A stretch of DNA of 64,000 bases from Acetivibrionales bacterium (lineage in GTDB: Bacteria > Bacillota > Clostridia > Acetivibrionales > JBMNNH01). Within the stretch, counting starts at the first letter, position 1; each line of letters starts with the position of its first letter. This document shows positions 10,466 through 19,793 of this stretch, piece after piece. The DNA lies in contig JBMNNH010000018.1 in the NCBI GenBank assembly GCA_050953835.1, positions 3,030 to 67,029 of the forward strand. Direction: 5' to 3'. The notes under the pieces are model-generated. The model was not told where the DNA came from and did no database searches. It saw only the letters and a program-made list of their open reading frames with translations. The position numbers and the translations under genes are program-made.

Positions 10466-10543
10466 CGGGGTGTAGCTCAGTTTGGCTAGAGTGCATGCTT
10501 GGGGTGCATGAGGTCGCTGGTTCAAGTCCAGTCACTCCGACCA
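10466..10543 (+). tRNA. tRNA-Pro (anticodon GGG by hand fold), CCA end encoded
   Basis: Acceptor CGGGGTG/CACTCCG, anticodon stem CATGC/GCATG with loop TTGGGGT, T-arm GCTGGTTCAAGTCCAGT, 3' ACCA. Confidence 0.85.
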
Positions 10544-10548
10544 AGTAA

Positions 10549-10584
10549 AAAAGCGGATTGCAGCGTTTGTAATCCGCTTTTTTA
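10549..10584 (+). terminator. Rho-independent terminator after tRNA-Pro
   Basis: Stem AAAGCGGATT/AATCCGCTTT followed by a T-run. Confidence 0.7.
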
Positions 10585-10719
10585 TATCAAAATGAATCAA
10601 ATATGAACCAAATATCAAATTAATGCCTTATATTATTGAAAGAGTTCTTAAAGAAACATAAAGAAAAGGCGACAAAGGTATACATAGAGTATATATAATA
10701 GTATTATTACATACTGATA

Positions 10720-11868
10720 TTAAACCCGTCCATAAGCAATATCCCTGACTGCATTTACAGCAATATCAATGTCATCAATTGTATTAAAGCAGCCAATACT
10801 AAAACGCACCACTCCCCTGTCCAGCGTTCCTAGTGTAGCATGTGCCAAAGGTGCGCAATGCAGTCCAGCTCTTGTCGCTATATTATAATTATTATTTAAA
10901 ATATCACTTACCTCGGTGGAATCCATATCCCCAATATTTAATGCAACTATGCCTGAGTTTTCTCCTTTACCTTGGGGACTGTATACCTTTACCCCTTTTA
11001 TCTCCCGAATCCCTTCAAAAAATCTTTGTAAAAGTAATTCCTTCAGGTACGCAATATTCTTTATGCCTATAGTGTTTATAAACCTTATTCCATAAGCCAG
11101 GCCAATAATTCCTGGTGTATTCAATGTGCCACTTTCAAGGTAATCAGGCATGAATCCAGGCTGGTAAAGATTGTTGGAATTACTTCCTGTTCCACCTTCC
11201 ATTAGTGTGTCCAATTCTATACTTTCCTTCACATAAAGCCCTCCTGTCCCCTGAGGACCCAGGAGACTCTTATGACCTGGAAAGGCAAGCATATCAATGT
11301 TCATTTTCCTGACATCTATGTCAAGAATTCCGGCTCCCTGGGAAGCATCTACCAGATATGTGATACCGTTATCTTTTGATAATTCTCCTATTTCATTAAT
11401 AGGCAGCACTATTCCATTAACATTTGATGACAGTGTTGTCACTATAAGTGCTGTATTTTGCCTTATTTGTTTCTTTACATCATTGGTATCAATACCTCCG
11501 TATTTATTCCCCTGGATAACTGTCAATTCAATTTTACCTTTTTTTTCAAGGGTCTTTAATGGCCTTATAACTGAGTTATGCTCCATACTGGTTGTAATAA
11601 CATGGTTTCCTGGCTTAAGGCAGCCTTTTATTGCTATATTTAACGCTTCTGTAGCATTTTTTGTAAAGGAAAGCCTTAAAGGATTACTTATATTAAAAAA
11701 ATTACTTATTACTTTTCTTGCTTCCATTACCGCTTCTCCAGATTTTATGGACATGTAGTGTCCACCTCTGCCTGGATTAGCACAATATACCCTCATACAT
11801 TTCTCTATTTCATTATAAACAATTTCAGGCTTTGGAAAAGATGTAGCAGCATTGTCCAAATAAATCAT
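10720..11868 (-). CDS. Class-V aminotransferase / cysteine desulfurase family protein
   Basis: MIYLDNAATSFPKP start, a PLP-lysine context FPGHKSLLGPQGTGGLY, and RAGLHCAP near the C-terminus. Confidence 0.8.
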   Translation of the reverse strand: MIYLDNAATSFPKPEIVYNEIEKCMRVYCANPGRGGHYMSIKSGEAVMEARKVISNFFNISNPLRLSFTKNATEALNIAIKGCLKPGNHVITTSMEHNSVIRPLKTLEKKGKIELTVIQGNKYGGIDTNDVKKQIRQNTALIVTTLSSNVNGIVLPINEIGELSKDNGITYLVDASQGAGILDIDVRKMNIDMLAFPGHKSLLGPQGTGGLYVKESIELDTLMEGGTGSNSNNLYQPGFMPDYLESGTLNTPGIIGLAYGIRFINTIGIKNIAYLKELLLQRFFEGIREIKGVKVYSPQGKGENSGIVALNIGDMDSTEVSDILNNNYNIATRAGLHCAPLAHATLGTLDRGVVRFSIGCFNTIDDIDIAVNAVRDIAYGRV

Positions 11869-11912
11869 GCTTCACTTCCTTTTTTATAATGCCCATTTTG
11901 TATTATATATAT

Positions 11913-12491
11913 TTAAACAAGAATGGGCTGAATCTGTTTTCCTTTTAATGCTTCTATTATTGTAGGAATAATTAACTCAGTCTTTGCAAAAAGAGAATTT
12001 GGCTTAGAAGCTGGTTCATCCTGTCCGAATGGAACAAAATAAACATTTTTCATATTTATCAGTGTAGCAATGTTTTTGGCATTTGCTCCCAGACCGTCAT
12101 TGGTTGAAATTGCTATAACCAGCGGTTTGCTGTTTCTTAAATGAGCTTTGCATGCCATTGTTACAGGTGTGTCGGTAATAGCGTTTGCAAGCTTTGCCAC
12201 AGTATTTCCTGTGCAGGGAGCTACAACCATAACATCCACCAGTGATTTGGGTCCTATAGGCTCTGCTTCAACTATTGTAGATATAATTTTATTTCCGGTA
12301 ATCCCTTCTACCCTTAACTTTAATTCATCAGCCCTTCCAAATCTTGTGTCATATTTTTGTACAGAATCAGAGAAAACAGGGAATACGGTTCCCCCTTCTT
12401 TTACAACTATTTCTAACACTGGTATAATTCTGTCTATAGTACAAAAAGACCCGGTGAAAGCAAACCCGATCTTTATTCCTTCAAATAACAT
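11913..12491 (-). CDS. dpaB: Dipicolinate synthase subunit B
   Basis: IGFAFTGSFCT flavoprotein-like N-terminus. 192 aa, immediately downstream of dpaA. Confidence 0.9.
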   Translation of the reverse strand: MLFEGIKIGFAFTGSFCTIDRIIPVLEIVVKEGGTVFPVFSDSVQKYDTRFGRADELKLRVEGITGNKIISTIVEAEPIGPKSLVDVMVVAPCTGNTVAKLANAITDTPVTMACKAHLRNSKPLVIAISTNDGLGANAKNIATLINMKNVYFVPFGQDEPASKPNSLFAKTELIIPTIIEALKGKQIQPILV

Positions 12492-12493
12492 TT

Positions 12494-13366
12494 TTATACC
12501 CCCAACTCTTCAATAATATTGTATATCGTTTCCTTAATTACCTTAGCTGCTGTTACGGGCGCAACTTTTCCGGGAAGGGATAATGCCCATATAACTTTAA
12601 TTCTCAACTCCTTAGCCTTTTCAAAGTCAACTCCTCCCGGCTTTGAAGCCAAATCTATTACCAGACATTCCGTATTTATCTTTTTCAGCATCTCAGTATC
12701 AAGAACTACATAGGGTATTGTGTTAAATATTATATCCATCTCTTTCAAGTTGGAGCCCAGATCATTAAAATGTATTGCTTTGTATCCATAGCTGCTTATC
12801 CATGCAATATCAGAGTATTTCCTTGCTTCAACAAAGACATTCGCGCCTATCCCGTAAAGCATCTTTGCCAGTGTCTTACCTATCCTGCCAAATCCTAATA
12901 TAAGTGAATTGCTGCTGTGCAAAGTAATAGGCATTTCTTCCATTGCTATCTGTATGGCGCCTTCAGCGGTTGGAATGGCGTTAAGTATGGCCAGTTCTTC
13001 CCTCTTGAACATATCTACCGAATACACATTGTAGACTTCCGCAATGTGTGAAATTTTACTACTGATTCTCCCGGCAATAAACAGCTGGTTTTTTGACATT
13101 TTCCTTAGTATGTCATTTATGTAGATTTCTTCAGTATGAAATGGGGCATTTATTGTTTCATCGTCATTTGAACATGGCAATGGGCCAACAATAATTTCAG
13201 ACCCATTAATTGCTACTCCCACATCTTCACTTTCCTTAATTCCAAGTTCAAAACCTGTCTTTTTAAATCCATAAATGTTTACATTGTTTCCTTCAGATGC
13301 CAATAAATTTGCAAGCTTTATGCTCCTTAAATCCCCTCCGATAATAGTGTATTTCTTTAATCTCAT
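12494..13366 (-). CDS. dpaA: Dipicolinate synthase subunit A
   Basis: 290 aa with an NAD-binding GFGRIGKTLAKML motif and SpoVFA-like organisation upstream of dpaB. Confidence 0.9.
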   Translation of the reverse strand: MRLKKYTIIGGDLRSIKLANLLASEGNNVNIYGFKKTGFELGIKESEDVGVAINGSEIIVGPLPCSNDDETINAPFHTEEIYINDILRKMSKNQLFIAGRISSKISHIAEVYNVYSVDMFKREELAILNAIPTAEGAIQIAMEEMPITLHSSNSLILGFGRIGKTLAKMLYGIGANVFVEARKYSDIAWISSYGYKAIHFNDLGSNLKEMDIIFNTIPYVVLDTEMLKKINTECLVIDLASKPGGVDFEKAKELRIKVIWALSLPGKVAPVTAAKVIKETIYNIIEELGV

Positions 13367-13522
13367 ATTGTACTCCCCCTGATTATCTTGTAGCAGCTTA
13401 CGGCAACTAATATATCCTATGAATTTTTTCTTTTATTAGTGCTTGTTTTCCAGTGATTGCCAGAATTGTGGTAGATGGTACAATTATCTGCTTCCTTGTG
13501 GTTTTTGTGTTTGCCCCGGATG

Positions 13523-13560
13523 AATAAAAAAACACCGCTTCTTGAATAGTTAGCGGTGTT
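13523..13560 (-). terminator. Rho-independent terminator after the M16 peptidase gene
   Basis: The minus-strand RNA folds AACACCGCT/AGCGGTGTT (13531-13560) and is followed by a U-run (complement of the A-run 13523-13530). Confidence 0.7.
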
Positions 13561-13579
13561 CAAATCCTTGTTACTGTAT

Positions 13580-14839
13580 TTAATTTTTCAGTAGGCTTTT
13601 TATATCCAGATCCTTTTTTATGTTTCCTACTAAGGAGAAACTTACTTTATTAAAATCAAACACCCTGTCAATTACTGTCCTGATATCATCCAAATCAATA
13701 TCTTGGATTTTTTGAATCACCTGTTCAGGTGAATATATCCTGCCTAAAAGCAGCTCAGACTTTCCAATATGGTTCATCCGGGCACTTGTGCTTTCCAGGC
13801 CGAGCATATAGTTTCCTATTAACTGTTCGCGGCACTTAATCAATTCATCTTCCCCAATGCCATTGTTAGCCAGTGACTCTATCTCCTGCATAATCAACCT
13901 AACTACCTCAGCAAGGTTCTCAGGGTTCATCCCGGCATATACAGTAAACAATCCAGCATTTTTATAGGATGAAGGATATGAGAAAATTGAATATACAAGT
14001 CCCTTTTCTTCCCTTATTTTTTGAAAAAGGCTGGAGCTCATCCCTCCGCCTAGAATACTATTTATTGCCAATAAAGGATACAGATATTCGCTTCCATGTT
14101 CTATCCCATCAAAAGCAATGCACATATGAACCTGTTCGATGTCTTTTTCCTTTATAGCAATATCTGAAAAAAACTCAGCCTTTCTTAATGGGCTTTTTCT
14201 TCTTTGTTCCGGCTGCCAATTCCGAAAATATTTGTTTAATAATGATGTAAGATTTTCATTATCGAAGTTTCCTGCAACCGAAATCACGCAGTTATCAGGT
14301 GTATAATTACTGTGTAAATACTCCCGGATCATTTCAGCATCAATAATTCCAAGGCATTTTTCTGTCCCGAGAATTGGATAACTTAGGGAATTGCCTCTCC
14401 ATACTGTTTTTGAAAGAACATCGTGAACCAGTTCCTCGGGAGAATCCTCATACATATCAATTTCCTCAAGAATAACTCTTTTTTCTATCTCTATGTCCTT
14501 GGTGTCAAACGTTGAATTGAAAAACATATCGGCCAGTATTTCCACAGCAATATCAATGTGTGAGTCCAAGGTCTTTGTATAGTAGCATGTACACTCTTTT
14601 CCTGTAAACGCATTAAGCTGTCCCCCGATATTATCTATGCTTTGTGCAATTTCCTTTGCACTTCTGTTTGTTGTGCCTTTGAAAAGCATATGCTCAATAA
14701 AGTGGGAAATACCATTATTTTTTTTATTTTCATTTCTTGACCCTGTTCCAACCCAAATACCTACAGAAACCGACCTTACATAAGGAATTTTTTCAGTTAC
14801 TACTCTGATTCCATTGTCAAGTGTTGTTTTTTTATACAT
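13580..14839 (-). CDS. M16-family zinc peptidase (MlpA/YmxG-like)
   Basis: Inverted zinc motif HFIEHMLFKG. Conserved position between pnp and dpaA, as in Bacillus. Confidence 0.85.
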   Translation of the reverse strand: MYKKTTLDNGIRVVTEKIPYVRSVSVGIWVGTGSRNENKKNNGISHFIEHMLFKGTTNRSAKEIAQSIDNIGGQLNAFTGKECTCYYTKTLDSHIDIAVEILADMFFNSTFDTKDIEIEKRVILEEIDMYEDSPEELVHDVLSKTVWRGNSLSYPILGTEKCLGIIDAEMIREYLHSNYTPDNCVISVAGNFDNENLTSLLNKYFRNWQPEQRRKSPLRKAEFFSDIAIKEKDIEQVHMCIAFDGIEHGSEYLYPLLAINSILGGGMSSSLFQKIREEKGLVYSIFSYPSSYKNAGLFTVYAGMNPENLAEVVRLIMQEIESLANNGIGEDELIKCREQLIGNYMLGLESTSARMNHIGKSELLLGRIYSPEQVIQKIQDIDLDDIRTVIDRVFDFNKVSFSLVGNIKKDLDIKSLLKN

Positions 14840-14936
14840 AATTCCAATATATCCTCCCGGAAAAGCAAAAGCTTGGATTCAATGTTTGTATGTTTATGCC
14901 AAATTACAACTCTGCATTTCCACCTTTAGCTTGTTT

Positions 14937-17057
14937 CTATTTTTTTACTATCTGTTTTTCTTCATTAGCCTCAGGCAATGCATCTTTTCTTGACAGGTTT
15001 ATTCTACCCTGCTTGTCTGTTTCAAGAACCTTAACAAGAATTTCATCACCAATATTTACAACATCCTCAACTTTTGCAACTCTTTTTCTGTCCAGTTTGG
15101 ATATATGGACAAGCCCTTCTTTACCCGGCAAGAATTCAACAAATGCCCCAAATGACATTATACGTACAACCTTTCCCATAAACACCTGTCCCGGTTTTAC
15201 TTCCTTGCCGATTCCTTCGATAATTTGTATAGCTTTTTCTCCTGCACTGGTATCTGTGGCAGCCACAAACACTTTTCCGTCTTCTTCAATATCTATTTTT
15301 ACACCAGTTTCAGCAATTATTCTATTTATAATTTTTCCGCCAGGCCCTATTACATCCCTTATCTTGTCAGGGTCTATCCTTGTTGTTAATATTTTCGGAG
15401 CATACGGAGAAAGCTCCTTTCTCGGCTCAGGTATCACTTTAAGCATTACTTCATCCAAAATCTGAATGCGCCCTTTTCTAGTTATTTCCAGAGCCTGTTT
15501 AATAATTTCTTCGGTTAGGCCATCAACCTTGATATCAACCTGAATTGCTGTAATACCATTCTTTGTTCCTGCAACCTTGAAATCCATGTCTCCAAAAAAG
15601 TCCTCTATTCCCTGTATATCAATAAAGGTAATAAAGTCCTCTGGATTGTTATCATCAACAATCAATCCGGCAGAAATTCCTGCAACAGGGCTCTTTATTG
15701 GAACGCCTGCATCCATTAATGCAAGAGTACTACCGCAGACACTCCCCTGCGAAGTGGAGCCGTTTGACATTAGTACTTCAGATACCAGTCTGATTGCATA
15801 CGGAAATTCCTCTTCACTTGGGATGACCGGTTCTAAAGCCCTTTCTGCAAGGGCTCCGTGCCCAATTTCCCGTCTTCCCGGACCCCTTGAAGGACGCGAT
15901 TCACCGACACTGTAAGAAGGAAAATTATAGTGGTGCATATACCTTTTTTCTTCTTCCAGGTCAAGACCATCCAACATCTGTACTTCACCCATAGCACCAA
16001 TAGTCACTGTTGTCAGTACCTGGGTCTGTCCTCTTTGGAATAGTCCGGAGCCGTGTGTTCTTGGCAAAACCCCTACTTCAGCAGACAAAGGCCTGATCTC
16101 GTCCAGAGCCCTTCCGTCAACCCTTTTATGTTCTTTAAATAAATACTCTCTGACAACTTTCTTTTCAAGCTTGTAAACACACTCAGAAATAATGTTTTCC
16201 ATTTCAGGGTAAATCTCCGCAAAGTGCTGCTGAATCTCGTCAGTTAAATTGCTAATGTTATCATCTCTTACCTGTTTATCATCTGTCAGCACCAATTCCT
16301 TCATCTTTTCATATGCAAAGTCATTGACCGCATTGAAAACATCCTCTGGAACTTCTGCTGATTCATACTCAAACTTTGGCTTTGCTATTTCAGCCATTAT
16401 TGTATTGATAAATTCAATGATTTTTTTGATTTCTGTATGCCCAATTCTTATTGCTTCAAGCATTTTCTCTTCAGGAACTTCATTTGCACCGGCTTCTATC
16501 ATTGTTATTTTATTCATTGTTCCTGAAAGAGTCACATACATCTGGCTTTGTTCCCTTTGTTTTGCATCGGGGTTAATGATTACTTCATCATTAATCAGGC
16601 CAAGTATAACACAGCCTATAGGGCCGTTAAAAGGTATATCCGAAATTGAAAGTGCTATTGATGTACCCAACATGGAAGCAAACTCAGGAGAATTATCCTG
16701 GTCAACAGACAACACCGTATTGATAACCGTAACATCATTTCTTAAATCCTTCGGAAAAAGAGGCCTAATTGACCTGTCAATAACTCTCGAAGTCAATATT
16801 GCCTTTTCTGATGGCCTTCCTTCCCTTTTTATAAAACCGCCCGGTATTTTACCTACAGAATAAAGCCTTTCTTCATAATCAACACTTAATGGGAAAAAAT
16901 CAATTCCTTCCCTTGGCTGTTTTGATGCTGTAGCTGTTGACAGTATTACTGTATCACCGTACCTTATCATTACTGAGCCATTGGCAAGCTGAGCCATTTT
17001 GCCGGTTTCCACCTTTAATACTCTTCCAGCTACTTCAGTTGTAAATTCTTTATACAT
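14937..17057 (-). CDS. pnp: Polyribonucleotide nucleotidyltransferase (PNPase)
   Basis: 706 aa with two RNase PH domains plus KH and S1 ([20 protein letters not shown]). GAGGAGG RBS upstream. Confidence 0.95.
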   Translation of the reverse strand: MYKEFTTEVAGRVLKVETGKMAQLANGSVMIRYGDTVILSTATASKQPREGIDFFPLSVDYEERLYSVGKIPGGFIKREGRPSEKAILTSRVIDRSIRPLFPKDLRNDVTVINTVLSVDQDNSPEFASMLGTSIALSISDIPFNGPIGCVILGLINDEVIINPDAKQREQSQMYVTLSGTMNKITMIEAGANEVPEEKMLEAIRIGHTEIKKIIEFINTIMAEIAKPKFEYESAEVPEDVFNAVNDFAYEKMKELVLTDDKQVRDDNISNLTDEIQQHFAEIYPEMENIISECVYKLEKKVVREYLFKEHKRVDGRALDEIRPLSAEVGVLPRTHGSGLFQRGQTQVLTTVTIGAMGEVQMLDGLDLEEEKRYMHHYNFPSYSVGESRPSRGPGRREIGHGALAERALEPVIPSEEEFPYAIRLVSEVLMSNGSTSQGSVCGSTLALMDAGVPIKSPVAGISAGLIVDDNNPEDFITFIDIQGIEDFFGDMDFKVAGTKNGITAIQVDIKVDGLTEEIIKQALEITRKGRIQILDEVMLKVIPEPRKELSPYAPKILTTRIDPDKIRDVIGPGGKIINRIIAETGVKIDIEEDGKVFVAATDTSAGEKAIQIIEGIGKEVKPGQVFMGKVVRIMSFGAFVEFLPGKEGLVHISKLDRKRVAKVEDVVNIGDEILVKVLETDKQGRINLSRKDALPEANEEKQIVKK

Positions 17058-17083
17058 TACTCTTCCTCCTCATGTAAATATAC

Positions 17084-17186
17084 TGCAGACCGGAGCAAAA
17101 GAGCAGAGAACAAATAACAATTCGCCAGCCCTATTACCTGTTCTCTGTGCTTTTGCTCCAAAACAACCATTTTAATAGTCTGCAGC
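17084..17186 (-). promoter_or_regulatory. Long bipartite stem-loop in the rpsO-pnp intergenic leader
   Basis: 20-nt arms 17092-17111 and 17140-17159 are complementary except for a 2-nt internal mismatch. An outer 8-bp helix CTGCAGAC (17084-17091)/GTCTGCAG (17179-17186) extends it. Confidence 0.45.
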
Positions 17187-17221
17187 TAACATTAGTATTT
17201 CACAAAAACAGTTATTGTATT

Positions 17222-17249
17222 TAACAATAATGAGCGGATTTCTCCGCTC
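17222..17249 (-). terminator. Weak terminator/attenuator hairpin after rpsO
   Basis: GAGCGGA/TCCGCTC stem (17232-17249) starting 4 nt after the rpsO stop, followed by a poor U-tract (AUUAUUGUU). Partial read-through into pnp is plausible. Confidence 0.45.
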
Positions 17250-17253
17250 ACCA

Positions 17254-17517
17254 TTATTTTCTTAGATTCAGCTTATCAATAATTGTACGATATCTTTCAA
17301 TATCTTTTTTCATCAAATAATTTAACAAACCTCTTCTTTGTCCAACCATTTTCAAAAGACCTCTTCTTGAGTGATGGTCTTTTTTATGCACTTTCAAGTG
17401 CTCATTCAAATGGTTTATTCTTTCTGTGAGAATAGCAATCTGCACTTCGGGTGATCCAGTATCACTTTCATGCAGCTTATACTGGTCAATAATACCTTGT
17501 TTTTTTTCTTTTAACAT
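17254..17517 (-). CDS. rpsO: 30S ribosomal protein S15
   Basis: 87 aa. GSPEVQIA...[19 protein letters not shown] is the canonical S15 sequence. Confidence 0.95.
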   Translation of the reverse strand: MLKEKKQGIIDQYKLHESDTGSPEVQIAILTERINHLNEHLKVHKKDHHSRRGLLKMVGQRRGLLNYLMKKDIERYRTIIDKLNLRK

Positions 17518-17608
17518 TACTTAAGCCTCCTTTTATTTATCCCCATTAGCCTGGTAATTGGTCGGAGCCTTCCAATAACCCAGCAAATGGTTAAGTTCGC
17601 ACTTAGGT

Positions 17609-17637
17609 ATTCTAACATATAATTTATTAATTGTAAA
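17609..17637 (-). promoter_or_regulatory. SigmaA-type promoter for rpsO
   Basis: Minus strand: TTTACA (17637-17632), 17-nt spacer, TAGAAT (17614-17609). This leaves a leader of about 85 nt containing an imperfect 12-bp stem (about 17549-17582). Confidence 0.55.
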
Positions 17638-17641
17638 TATT

Positions 17642-18472
17642 TTATTTTGTCATCAGCTTATAAACATCATTTCTTCTGTGTTTCAATAATGGCAATTCTG
17701 TACGAGTCTTTTTTACTATGTCCAAATCAATTAAGGCATATATTATTCCTTCCTTTTCATCCGCCTTTGCAATTACATTACCCCATGGGTCAGCTACCAT
17801 TGAATTGCCGTACGCAATGTAAGCTGCATTTTCATTTCTAGCAGGAGATACTGCAGCAACATAGACCTGGTTATCAATAGCCCTTGTACGGATAAGCAAT
17901 TCCCAATGCGCTTGTCCGGTAATCATATTAAACGCTGCAGGTATAACTATTAATTCGGCTCCACTTAAAGCCAAAAGACGCATTTGTTCCGGAAATCTTA
18001 TATCATAGCATATTGCAATACCAATTTTACATAATTCTGTGTTTATTACAGTGATGTCATTCCCTTGTGAAAGTACTTCCGATTCTTTGAATACGATTTT
18101 TCCGGGAATGTCAATATTGAATAAATGCACTTTCCTGTACTTTGCAATAATTCTGCCTTTATTATCAAAGGTAATACTGGTATTATATATTTTCCCCTCA
18201 TCGGTCTCCGGTATTGAACCGGCAACAATATACGTACCAAGTTTTTTTGCTGTATCCGAAATTCTTTTTATAGTCTCACCACTATCAATACTCTCAGCAT
18301 AATCTGCAAATAACTCCTTTTGATAAGGGCAGTTGAAGATTTCAGGCAAAGCTACCAGTTCAGCACCGTTTTGGGCTGCCTCTTCAATTCTTGCAACTGC
18401 ATTGTTAATATTTTTATGTTTATCGTCTACAACTCTTGTCTGACAAAGTGCGATAGTAAAGCTGCTTTTCAT
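17642..18472 (-). CDS. Carbon-nitrogen hydrolase (nitrilase superfamily, omega-amidase-like)
   Basis: Glu-Lys-Cys triad contexts ALPEIF, YRKVHLF and [13 protein letters not shown]. Confidence 0.85.
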   Translation of the reverse strand: MKSSFTIALCQTRVVDDKHKNINNAVARIEEAAQNGAELVALPEIFNCPYQKELFADYAESIDSGETIKRISDTAKKLGTYIVAGSIPETDEGKIYNTSITFDNKGRIIAKYRKVHLFNIDIPGKIVFKESEVLSQGNDITVINTELCKIGIAICYDIRFPEQMRLLALSGAELIVIPAAFNMITGQAHWELLIRTRAIDNQVYVAAVSPARNENAAYIAYGNSMVADPWGNVIAKADEKEGIIYALIDLDIVKKTRTELPLLKHRRNDVYKLMTK

Positions 18473-18569
18473 ATATATCAGCTCCAGGTGTTTATTCCGT
18501 TAATTAAATTATACAACGAAACAATAATATTAGCCAGTAATACATTCCTGTATTACTTAGTATTAGTTT

Positions 18570-18577
18570 CATACATT
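18570..18577 (+). promoter_or_regulatory. SigmaE-like -10 element upstream of cotJA (tentative)
   Basis: CATACATT matches the Bacillus sigmaE -10 consensus CATACA-T, 75 nt upstream of cotJA. No convincing -35 was found. Confidence 0.25.
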
Positions 18578-18651
18578 ATTTTTAAATTTATGAACTTTTT
18601 TATGTGAACATTAATATTATGTTAATATAAATCATTTATGGAGGTACTGCC

Positions 18652-18858
18652 ATGAAAAAAAATTCAAAAAGCCTTTCCGGCAAAATGCAGCATTTTTATC
18701 CGGTTATGCCATTAAATCCGGAACTGGCACATGCATATGTTCCATATCAATATATGACGAACATATACCCTCCCAAAAAAGGACTTAGCCGTGGAACAAT
18801 CTTTCCCTGCCTGTATAGGCCATATGGCTATGACCCTGAATATACTTTAGATGCTTAA
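18652..18858 (+). CDS. cotJA: Spore coat-associated protein CotJA
   Basis: ELAHAYVPYQ...GTIFPCLYRPY signature of CotJA. First gene of a cotJABC triplet. Confidence 0.8.
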   Translation: MKKNSKSLSGKMQHFYPVMPLNPELAHAYVPYQYMTNIYPPKKGLSRGTIFPCLYRPYGYDPEYTLDA

Positions 18859-18872
18859 TGGAGGTGTTTAAA

Positions 18873-19130
18873 ATGTATATGGAGAAAGAAAAACTTTTAA
18901 AAGAACTTATGGCTGTCGATTTTACTCTGGTTGATTTGCACTTATATCTGGATACACATCCTTATGACCAGAGAGCTTTAATGATATACAATAATACAGT
19001 TCAAAGAGCCAGGATGCTTCGACATACGTATGAAAGGTTGTATGGTCCGTTATTGGCAAATATGTCAACCAGCAGATATCCGTGGCAATGGGCTATGGAA
19101 CCCTGGCCATGGGAGAAGGAGGGATTTTAA
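18873..19130 (+). CDS. cotJB: Spore coat protein CotJB
   Basis: LLKELMAVDFTLVDLHLYLDTHPYDQRAL signature. ATG at 18873 lies 8 nt after GGAGG (18860-18864). Confidence 0.8.
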   Translation: MYMEKEKLLKELMAVDFTLVDLHLYLDTHPYDQRALMIYNNTVQRARMLRHTYERLYGPLLANMSTSRYPWQWAMEPWPWEKEGF

Positions 19131-19729
19131 TGTGGTTTTATGACAGAAAGCTCCAATATCCTGTAAGAATAAGAACATGTAATCCTAAGATGGCTAAGTA
19201 TATTATTACACAGTATGGCGGGCCGGACGGCGAACTTGCGGCATCATTAAGGTATCTCAGCCAACGTTTCAGTATGCCTACCAATGCAACAAAGGCCATT
19301 TTGAATGACATAGGTACTGAAGAACTGGCACACCTTGAAATGGTTGGAAGCATGGTTTATCAACTAACAAAGGATGTTCCTGCTGATGTTCTCGAAAAAG
19401 AAGGTCTTGGTGCTTATTACTCCGACCATGACCATGCAGTCTATCCAATGAGCGCAGCTGGCAATCCATTTACTGCTGCGTATATACAATCAAAGGGCGA
19501 CCCTATAGCAGACCTGCATGAAGACCTTGCAGCAGAACAAAAGGCCAGGGCAACATACGAAAACCTCATCAATCTTGCAGACGATCCTGATGTAATAGAT
19601 CCGCTGAGATTTCTCAGGCAGCGTGAAGTTGTTCATTTCCAAAGGTTTGGGGAAGCCCTCAGGATGGTTCAGGAAAAACTCGGGGAGAAAAAGCATTTTG
19701 TTAAGAAACCGGATTATATGCAGAAGTAA
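19130..19729 (+). CDS. cotJC: Spore coat protein CotJC (manganese-catalase family)
   Basis: MWFYDRKLQYPV...GELAASLRYLSQRF...EELAHLEMV is a ferritin-like catalase fold. ATG overlaps the cotJB stop (TAATG). Confidence 0.9.
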   Translation: MWFYDRKLQYPVRIRTCNPKMAKYIITQYGGPDGELAASLRYLSQRFSMPTNATKAILNDIGTEELAHLEMVGSMVYQLTKDVPADVLEKEGLGAYYSDHDHAVYPMSAAGNPFTAAYIQSKGDPIADLHEDLAAEQKARATYENLINLADDPDVIDPLRFLRQREVVHFQRFGEALRMVQEKLGEKKHFVKKPDYMQK

Positions 19730-19737
19730 AACTTATC

Positions 19738-19774
19738 TAAAAAATCAGGACTGCTGTTTGGATGACAGCAGTCC
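19738..19774 (-). terminator. Terminator of the 1287-aa gene (hairpin shared with convergent cotJC)
   Basis: Stem GGACTGCTGT (19748-19757)/ACAGCAGTCC (19765-19774). The U-run follows on the minus-strand transcript only (complement of the A-run 19738-19744). Confidence 0.65.
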
Positions 19775-19793
19775 CGATCATATTCGCGTTATT

